Assembly (NCBI GenBank): GCA_016932355.1
Contig: JAFGDB010000030.1
Coordinates: 1 to 38,438, forward strand
From: Candidatus Iainarchaeum sp.
GTDB lineage: Archaea > Iainarchaeota > Iainarchaeia > Iainarchaeales > GCA-2688035
Length of the DNA stretch: 38,438 nt
Direction: 5' to 3'
Of this stretch, positions 8,801 to 16,300 are shown piece by piece. Under the pieces are notes generated by a model. It made no database searches and was not told where the DNA came from. It saw only the letters and a program-made list of their open reading frames with translations. Each line of letters opens with the position of its first letter. Position 1 is the first letter of the stretch. The position numbers were made by a program, and so were the translations under genes.

Positions 8801-10293
8801 TCACCCTTGTTGTCGCCGAATGCAGGGAATTTTTCAACATAGGCATAATAGCTTCCTGCCTTTACCCCTGTAAAGCTTGCATTCCCGTTCCTGTCTGTTG
8901 TTGCAGGGGAATAGGGTGCGAGCATTCCTGTTTCCAGGAAGCGGAGCTTTACCTTTGCGTTGTGCACTGGCTTTGCCTCCTCATCCAGGACCTTTACCTG
9001 CACTCTTCCGCTGTTCTGCGGAGTTATCTTTTCAAGCTCAAGCCTTATTTCAGCATCTGCCGTGTCCTCCAGCTCTGCTATTTCGTAAAGGTATTCAGGG
9101 TGCATTGCAATCAATGTGTAGTTTCCCCTGTCCATAAGGTAGAATGAAACATCCTGTGCATCAGCGCCTGTGCTTTTTTCGCTTAGCATGTTCCCTTCTG
9201 AATCCAGAAGCCTTACCTGGGCATTTGCTATGCCCTGCCCTGAGCCTTTTTCTGCAACGCTTACATTGATGGTTGCCTTTACGCTCTTGCTTAAAACAAC
9301 ATCAATTGCGCTTGTTTCATCTGCAAGAATGCTTACCTCTGCAATGTTTGCAAGCGCATAGCCGCCGTCAAGGTCCTCAACTGTTATGCTGTAGTTTCCA
9401 ATTGTTATGCCTGTAAAAATTGCCTCGCCATAGCTCAGCGTGTATTTTTCGTTTACAAGGCTGCCGCTGCTTTCCATAAGCTTTACGCTGAAATTTGTTT
9501 CAGTCAAAAGCTTTCCTGTGCTGTCCTTCACCTTTACCCTCAATGAGCCTTTTCCGATTGCCTGGCCTTCAAGCATTATTATCTGCATGCTGTCTGTTAT
9601 GGCATAGCTTTTGTACTTGTACTTTTCAGGGGCAACAATGGTTGCGTTCATTGCTCCGCAGTCCCTTGACTGCATCACTGTTATAATGCCGTCCATGTCC
9701 TCATCTTCAACCTGCCTTTCAGGCAATTGCGCAAGGTTGTTCTGGCAGTCAAGCCTTACTGTAATAAGCTCGCCTGTTACCCTTTCCCCTGAGCTGTTCT
9801 GGAAAATAAGCTGCCTTTCAATGTATCCTGAAAGCTTTTCAATCAGGACAAGCTTCCTTGTTGCGCTTGCTTCGCTCCCAACAGAAATTGTAGCCTGCTT
9901 TTGCTCATACTCAATGCCATTTACCGTGGTTTCCGCTACCCTTATGTCCACGCTTGAGTCAAATGGCGTGTTGAATGTTATTTTCCCAGTTGAATCGGTT
10001 TGCCTGCTGTTTATTATGCCCCCAATTGTGTAATCAACTGCCACACCCTGAAGGGCATTGCCTGATTCATTCTCAACAAAAAGCGTTACTGTTGCGTGTT
10101 GCCCTATTGGAAGCAATGGCATTACAGCAAAGAATGCAGCCAGCGCCACAACAACTGCTATAAAAACCAGAAAGCTTGGAACAACCTTGTCAATTTCGTC
10201 CACAAGCTTGTATACTGGCGCATGGGTATCAATCTTGTCAAGCAGGCCATACCATTTGTCTTCCAGTGCTGTGTATATGTCTTTCAAGCCCAT
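2806..10293 (-). CDS. Giant signal-anchored surface protein, paralog 1 (2495 aa)
   Basis: Uninterrupted 7,488-nt ORF with an ATG start. The N-terminus is MGLKDIYTALEDKWYGLLDKID...VVPSF followed by a TM helix (aa about 38-61). At least 5 CarboxypepD_reg-like repeats are present (e.g. GRVQVKVLDEEAKPVHNAKVKLRF...TDRNGNASFTGVKAGSYYAYVE). Central motifs are AKWASVEWAG and HYRAWA. An Ala/Gly/Thr/Ser-rich insert is flanked by Gly-rich hydrophobic segments (aa about 1458-1805). The C-terminal module carries VYCDATQFSI and AYLMKDGYTNDFQSDF. Confidence 0.95.
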   Translation of the reverse strand: MGLKDIYTALEDKWYGLLDKIDTHAPVYKLVDEIDKVVPSFLVFIAVVVALAAFFAVMPLLPIGQHATVTLFVENESGNALQGVAVDYTIGGIINSRQTDSTGKITFNTPFDSSVDIRVAETTVNGIEYEQKQATISVGSEASATRKLVLIEKLSGYIERQLIFQNSSGERVTGELITVRLDCQNNLAQLPERQVEDEDMDGIITVMQSRDCGAMNATIVAPEKYKYKSYAITDSMQIIMLEGQAIGKGSLRVKVKDSTGKLLTETNFSVKLMESSGSLVNEKYTLSYGEAIFTGITIGNYSITVEDLDGGYALANIAEVSILADETSAIDVVLSKSVKATINVSVAEKGSGQGIANAQVRLLDSEGNMLSEKSTGADAQDVSFYLMDRGNYTLIAMHPEYLYEIAELEDTADAEIRLELEKITPQNSGRVQVKVLDEEAKPVHNAKVKLRFLETGMLAPYSPATTDRNGNASFTGVKAGSYYAYVEKFPAFGDNKGEGKEIDIREATYFTVNLFIGKSLVRVTALDEDKRPVNEAEAEFFGEGGESLGKIPLPQGTGQYELKADKRVYAVVRHENYMAVHTMPKQLWPSQPIEFRAVMEPRLIMGEPQIQFEGLYDLAGKQVQVLRAGSRYLVKFKLSVPEAGNFGQGGFHYRVGDERLLVNDALVIKDVIAGNVRAVQKGTSFTAPLGYETDSENLTAGDAKWASVEWAGLETGNYYFGFEIRVKSQIAPYTRLPMHYRAWAVDEAGDYIRAPYDSQLGIAESTAEKQELYAKTFDLQFLEGAESECQEDFCYSGESIIDGDMGLYIYEPYEMRAGSSHTLTFDILNNSERQYDSSELYITVVGSTITSYKITNASAQEITAESVSTKEIEAIDLGSFTKGKSISSEIEFTPSKQGNASIEIKVIADARTVFTKTITAWVKSEREMQISVQPEVIAAYIANELQVTVDEQVGSQRLGVRDALVRATITHPDRPTEFYTKMTCCPGRATFDLGELEPNTEILIEAEKPEYYAAPVTVFVDTNVLRFSPNKINSVLDTRGTKEQTFSVEVENVTGIGLEIKNISLAGTFKGLLDQATMENYSRQHIGIGIRPGNAIAREMFKTKLSANAREILFTNQTVNGHYLVTATNQERSILWDMIVPLQVKAVIGELPDNSPCLIITKQNWEGSTVENTATTEFEVQNNCVSGSSFVELDSLQAKLEWQSDALGTVELTLIEAETGSSNSEVLRPGMWTRLFKTAQADSTYYAMLTLTPKQGHLGETAKFTVEIDGEIATGSGMAFVGASPSKISADIKIINLQQCIKYIGAENIVELSAGQEDATFTVDASDCGKTDVMVELCRQNPNCSGGAEGGITVTPLSFTLNKDSPEREVLVRRQSIPGMYGINVEAKVPGTSFREVQTLDILMHPETGNDFSLDKYEINIKGIGASDEAKLTNSALSETVSVDASACDWGTAEEEGMFDLAGAGVGAAIAALLGAKTAIEHASQTTQAINAARAADMTGAVDSVQRANGLVQGASTAGDAAQLAADQTRNVAIKAASVDTKAALTASNAIGGCGAGVQAAVAAANTEMGNIEATANGTFWTKIGRAIASIGRGVGRIASGLGHAITGRNTASPNETTAVSTGPYNSTKDIDNAIGEVDTSASDLGESYTGWGESLAENQGMAAGLATVQSSLESSELELGAAHGCCSAEGESCAPQVDSASAAITKAQTSVATAIQAAEASGVKITDAQGAAGTAVNGLADARTSLGTAKTSMGSLGSTMAATGQAAGFSKGKFFGILGTYAALGAIAGGLLGGIFGEDPCDQRVTATLMDYAINLKEDSQPLTVDKQGISAAWETEDAQVFGTYDKQEAGIKFTNTAIEPGKPVYATVRIPSTRHYHSNPTTISRGNSGFGPFKVPDLRAETYSQKIHLKFNTKEIVLEIPPVPDEESCLMGTLVGRTGHDALPKVKLNWSWAENGGIGINECDYMNDEAVYCDATQFSIMVNKRLHALDEFLRENMPLPCPQNPAIENLEELGAEFNETLDELGLQGFAPIDIASCWLPRSTVLYDNKPALLYYVEANLESIAWTEEIPDLDSLQEILHFKAYLMKDGYTNDFQSDFAEFYTTSAFYDPPEWFISGSERLANLFEDTDSLRFRTRYSGQNTLSSAGLYDATLAINFHNEDWRFFYADLPDSETVVDLYLAENPYPDSIFYSLPFNGNIGKESFNGRIGYGLNFENRKEDILISFYPGESINTGRISGSTTAASLETDIVTDLKKINTSASSRGFLMDFTETGSSGKKLVFSPNYATPLVLKMPASQTDEPFSAFYQLQETLAPVEAGTTLGFWTGAGQCLDFTGIPAFEAFDFKPDREATGTDRLQNWEFAYAVDWPKADYKGTAYLKTVFFTPTAGIYSMKSLEPAGMMFITPNSNIAKTVELSGITGMLHNSRDSVNKAESLQDVFDLVETGHVCVTNSGTRTAFWWNPQKLYETAGPYTSIEQLEQGLTAGQSCIGYGS

Positions 10294-10342
10294 GCCCTAA
10301 AACCAATCCAATTGACTGAACTAATTTTCCCTTTTTTGAGGG

Positions 10343-10378
10343 TTAAAATACCCAATTACTGATTAAAACGCCCAATTA
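10343..10378 (-). promoter_or_regulatory. Two 16-nt direct repeats (TTAAAA[TA/CG]CCCAATTA) spaced 20 nt apart in the 96-bp spacer between giant genes 2 and 1
   Basis: Copies at 10343..10358 and 10363..10378 match at 14 of 16 positions. On the minus strand they read TAATTGGG(CG/TA)TTTTAA, so each contains a TATA-like TTTTAA. They lie 50-85 nt upstream of the giant gene 1 ATG. Confidence 0.35.
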
Positions 10379-10389
10379 ATTGCGCAGCA

Positions 10390-13300
10390 CTAGCTTGCCT
10401 TTATGCATTCCTTCTCTGCAAGGCTTCTCTGCTGGCTGAGCTCCTCAAGCACTGCTTTTGGGTTCCAGAAAAACTGGTTGCTTATCCTGCTGTCCGCGCC
10501 AATAATGCAGACCTTGTTTTCCCTAACCAGTTCAAACACGTCCTCTATTGAGTCAATTGTGCTTGTCCCAAAGCTGTTGTACTCCATTCCTGGAACGCCG
10601 TTGAGTGCAACCTGGCTTCCGCTGCTGTCTGCAGTAATCAGGCTCATGTCATCGCTGTAGGTTGTTTTCTTCATTGTGCTGCTTTTTCCCTGCGGCGTGA
10701 ACACAACTGTCTGGAGGAACACGCTTCCCTGCCTTATCGGGTTGCACCATTCTATTCCATAATCTGTTATGTCTGTTGCCACAGCGCATGACAGGTTGCC
10801 TGTTATGCCGCCGTGCATGTCCCAGGTGTCCTGCCAGGCCTCTGTAACAGGGCTGCCTGTGAAGTCAACGCAGTTTGGCCCAATGCCTGACCATGCCAGC
10901 ATCCTGTTGAATGCTGTCTGGGGCGTATTGTCAACCTCTATTGAATAAAACGCATATGCATGCTCTGTTTTCTCATAGTCAACCTGCATCATTACAGGCG
11001 TTGCATAGCTTGGGCTTAGCATAATGTTTGTTGCTGCTCCTTGCTTTTGCACGTCAAGCAGTATCCCTTTTCTCTCGAGGTTAAGCCTCCTGAAGCTGTC
11101 GCTGCTCCCTGCATCAATCCAGCCATCGAGCACGGGCGTGCTGTTTGCTATATTTGTTGTTGCTATGGGCTGGAAAATGCTGTTGTTTATTTTTATTGTT
11201 TGTTCGCTTGTCTGCCTGAAGTTAATTCCGTATCCCTGCCTTCCGTTTTCGCTGTCTATGCCGACAAGGCCGTCAAACGGCAGGTAGTAAAATGGGCTGT
11301 CGGGCTCTGGTGCGGCCAGCTCAACCAGCTCAACGCTGACTGTTGCATCAGGCTCAGTGCCTGAAAACAGCTGCCAGTCCTGGTTGTCAAACTCAATATT
11401 CAATGTTACTGAGTACTTTCCTGCATCCAGTGGGGCGTGCGGTGCCATGCTGTAGTCAAACTTAAAGCTTTCCCTGTCAGAAAACAGCTTGTGCAGCCCT
11501 GTACTCTCCTCCAGGTAATAGTCCGGGCAGTCAAAGAAGCTTCTCTGCTTGCAGAACATGTCAAAGTCTTCCCTGAAGTCATTGGTGTAAGCGTCTTTTA
11601 TGAGGTATGCGTTGAACTTGATTGTGTCAAGTATTTGTTCCCTTTCTGAATTGCTCCATGCTGCGTTTCCTGCTGCCTCTGTTGCCTCAATGAAGAGCGG
11701 CAGCCTCTTTGTGTTGAACGGCTCGCATTCTACAACGCCGCCTGTTCCAACGTAAAGCTGGACTTCAATTGAGTCATTGCCTGTGTCAGAGTTCTCGCAG
11801 TTGCTGCAAAGCTCTGAGGTAATGCTTGCCTGTACAGTGTAGAGGCCGTCTCCCAACTGTGTGAATTCGCAGTTTGCAACCTTTCTGCTAAGCACGCTCA
11901 TTTCCTTTGTGCAGCTTTTTGCAAGGCTTCCTGTGCCTGCATTCCTCAGGTTTACACTGATTGAAACTGGTATTGGCTCGCTGTTGTTGCTTTCAATTGT
12001 CATCACAATGTTTGCATCGCTCTGCCCTGCCTTGTTTGCCTGGATCTTTGTTATTGCAATGTCATAAGCTGTCCCTTTGATGGGCTGCTCCTTGGCTGCT
12101 GCTTCGCTTGCCGGGCTTGGGCAGTCAAAGGGCTTGTATTTGTCAATGAATTCCTGCAGCCTGTGCAGCTTCTTCAGGGCAACAATGCTGAACTGCGTGG
12201 CATCGCAGTAAATGTAATCAGGGTTGCCCTCAACGCAGCTGTCCTCGCTTATTGAACCCCAGTCCCAGCTGAATGAAACTTTTGGAACTGCGCTCGGCCC
12301 TGTTGTTCCCACAATATTCCCAAGCGTGCAGTTTGGTATTGGCTTGCTTATCCTTTCAATGAGCAGCGGGTCAAACGCGTTGAACTGCAGCCTGAAGCTT
12401 TCCTTATGGTCCTTTCTTTCCTTTACCTCAAGGTCCGGCGTTTCCTTCTCATCAAGGTCATACTCTGTCTTGTATTCCCTTCTCTCATTGTCAACCTTGA
12501 GTATCCTGAACAGCGGTGTTGCTGGGTCTGGCTGCACAACGCTTTCCTTGTTCAAAAACCAGAGCTTTCTGGTTTCAATGCTCAGCTGCCTGTCCTCCTG
12601 CTTTGGTTCTGTGCTTACCTCTGGCTTTGCAGGCTCAAACACCACAATGTCCTCTGACTTGGTTTCAACAAGGGCATTGTCCTCAATTGATGCCCCTGGC
12701 ATGTACAGTTCGGCATCCCTGTAAACAACATCTCTCTCTATTTTTGTAAAGCTGAAGCTGCCTTCGTCCTGCTGGTTGTATGCAATAATGGTTCCTGCAA
12801 GGAATCCCTGCAGGCCCCAGCCAAGGAAGCTCGGCTTTCCCAGGATTGACTGGCCAAGGCCGCTTATCAGGCCGTTTCCAAGCATTCCTGTCAGGCCACT
12901 GCCGCCCCCCCCTAAAAGCGCAAGCCCTGCTGCGCTTCCCAGAACAATTTCTTCCTGTTCTGTCCTTGCTGTTGGGTAGCTGCTTCCTGATACAATTGTT
13001 GCCTTTTCTGTTGCGCCAAACCCCAGAATGCCGCCTGTTTTCTCAACCCTGTAGGCATTGCCTTGGGCATCGTAAACCAAATTTTCAGAATCAATTGGCT
13101 TGAAGTATGTTCTTCCGCCGATCTCTACAGGCACGCCTTTCCTGCCTCCTGCATCTGCAACTGTCCTGCCCTGCTGGAACTGCTCAAATGTAACAGCGTT
13201 TCCTGCAGCGGCAATATTGCCTGCTGCCTGCGGTGCTGGCTGCTGCATTCCGCTTCCAAGCTGGCCCATTGCCCCTGTTGCCAGCCCATAGAGCAGGCCT

Positions 13301-16300
13301 GTTTTCATTGCATCAAGCCAGTTGTGCTCGTCATATTTGACTGTTGCTGTTACAGCCTTGTCATAGCAGTTGTTTGTAAGCTCTGCAGTGTCATAGCCGT
13401 CATATGGGTTTTCCGGGTTGTCAAAGACATCAAACTCGTACCTTGAAAGGTCAAGGCATTTATCGCTTAGTATTCTTGCCCTTACTGTTTTAACCAGCCT
13501 GTACTGCACCTGGTCAGAGTTCTTTGCATAAACCCTTATGAGATATTGCCCTGGCATGTTCTTTTCTGAAAAGACCTCAACCCCTTTGCTGTCGGTTGCG
13601 TTCAATGTAAGCGTGCTGCTGCTCAGCGTCAGCTCTGACTCAAGCTTTACCTCGTTTCTGCTTCCGCAGTTTACTGTTTCCACATCAAAGCTGTCGCTGT
13701 TCTCAGGCTTTATTATGAGTATTTCCTTGCTGACTGCCATGCATTCTGCAAGGTTTGCCACCGTTATTTCTGCAGTGAGCTCGTCAGTCAGCTCCTGCCT
13801 TATGGTGTCAGTCGGGTTTTCCGCTTCAAATACAATTGTTGCAATTCCCTTGCCATTCACCCCGCCGTTTGGCGTGAACTGGAGCACTATGCTCATGCTT
13901 TGCTCTGGCTCAAGTGTGCCGGCAAACTTCTTTGAATAGCCGCTTGTCAGCGTTATTGCGCTGTCAGCTGTCCTCAATGCAAATTCTCCCACCTGGTTTG
14001 TCTGCCAGCTTGCCTTTGCAGCTATGTTCTCCAGCTTTACCGGAATGCCGTTCATGCTGCAGTTGTTCTGAACCTCAAATTCAATCTCTATTGGGTTGCC
14101 CTCGCTTGTCCCCTTCCAGTCCTTTCTTGTAACTGTAAAGCAGCTTGGGTCATCTACCTCCCCGCCAAGGCCAATGCTTATTTTTACAGGCACTGTCTGC
14201 AGCCACTCGCTTCCGTTGTTTGAAACAGTTATGTCAAGCTGGCCTTCCAAGTTTCTGCTCTGCTCAAGCTTCTTTCCCTTTTCCGTTAAGAATGTTTTCA
14301 GGCGCATTTCTTTGAGCTCATCCGCACTTATGGTTTCCTCTACATAGCCATAGAGCCAGTTGTTTGCCTTTTCCTCGTCAATAAGCCCGTAGAACCTGCC
14401 GTTGAGCTTCATGCCCCTTACTTTAAGGCTGAAGGCTGTCTTGTTTTCAATGCTGAAGCTGTTCTCTGCCTCAAAGGCGGTTTTTGCATTCAGCGAAACC
14501 CCGATTGTCGCCGGCTTTGCCACTATCACCTTTTCATCAACCTGCAGCATTCTTTCAAAGGTTTCATAGCTTGGCTTTCCGACTATGAGCTGGACTGTTT
14601 CAGCAGGCTGCATTGACGGCAGGCTTAAGACTGCTATTCCCATCCTGTTTGTTGATTTTGAGGCAATCACTGTGCCAAACCTGTCCTTTATTTTTACCGT
14701 TGCGTTTTCAAGTTCAGCATTTGTCCTCATGTCCCTTGCTGTTACCGTTAACTCGTTTTCAGTGCCGCTTGGCAAGAGCTCTGGTGCAACCACAACGTTC
14801 AGCTGCTTTTCAGCTGCTGCGTTTATTGCAATGCTTTTCTCAAATTGAACCCTCTGCATGCTCCTTATCTGTATGGTTAAAACTGAGCCGCCTGAGTTCT
14901 GCGGCGTTAATACAATTGTCCCGCTTGCGGTGTTGTTTGGCAGCATGTCGCCGATTGAAATCCATGCTGTTTCATTGCCTGCTGCATTTCCCTCAACAAG
15001 CTGGCTTTGCGCCCCATAAACCTTGTAGTTCTGCAGAAGAATGCCCTTATCCTGGTTCAATATCCTTAGCTCGGCGTTGTAGTAACTGTGTGTTTCATAT
15101 TCGCTGTTGTTCAAAACGGTGAAGCTTAGCTTGTATTCCTTGAATACATCCCCATTGTATGAGTCGTTTGCGCTTTCAATAAGGCCTGCTTCCACATCCA
15201 GCATGCTTGCGCTGAAGCAGAACTTTTCGTCGCAGATTTTTTCCGCTCCCATTTGGAAAATTTCCTGCTTTGCCTTTGCATAAAGGCCCTGCTTTCCAGC
15301 AACAGATTCTGCTTCCCCTAAATCACTGTCATATGGGTCCCTTTTGTATGCCATGTCCTCAATTGCCCATGACCTGTAGAACATCTCAAGCTCACCGGAG
15401 CTGATGCTTGTTTCATTGAAGCTTTCCTTGACCTTTAGTTCAACCTCTGCTTCTACAATGCCTGTGCCAATTCCAATCCATTCAATGTTTGCCCATTTTG
15501 CCTCATCGCTGCTTTCATTCTGGCTGTCTGTTTCATACCCTTCATCCGGGGTGTAGCTTGTTGATTTTAGCACATTTGCAATGCCAGGCACGTTTATGCC
15601 CCTTAAAACAGCCTCATCAAGCTCCATAATGCCCTGGCTTCCTGACCTTACATGCATTCCAATCCTGCTGTATGTTCTGTTTGCCGGAATCCTGAGGTTA
15701 AACAATGCAGTGTAAGTTTCCCCATGGGCAAGCGTAACCGCGCTTTTCCCGTTCTTGTAAATTCCCCTGAACTCAATCAATGGCTTTCCTTCAAGTATTT
15801 CTTTTTCAAGCGTGGCTGTAAAGTTCTGCGTTCCCAATGAAATGACTTCTTTCGGGACTGAGGTGAAGTTTGCATAGCCTGGCTTGCTTGCAACTATGTA
15901 GACCTTTTTGTCTGCCCTTGTTTCAAGCTCTACAACACCGTTTGCATCTTCAACCGGCTTGGCGCCGCCGCCAATTACCTGGTTTGTGCCTGTGTCAATA
16001 AAAGCCACCTGTGCAAACTGCACAGGCATTCCTTCCTTGTCAATTACCCTCACCCTTACATTTCCGTTCTCAACAGTTAGCACAACTGTAATGAGTGTTT
16101 TTTCAGCTGACCTCTGGACAAAGTGCTCTACCTCGCTCCAGCCGCTGCTTGCCCCCTTGAATGCAAATGCCTTGTAGTCATTGCTTGGCGCGCCCTTGAA
16201 TGTGGCTATTCCGTTTGCGTCTGTTACCCTTGTGCCAAAGCCTGCGTTGAATCCGCTTTCTGTGTAAAGCCCTACAGTTGCATTTCTTACAAGCCTTCCG

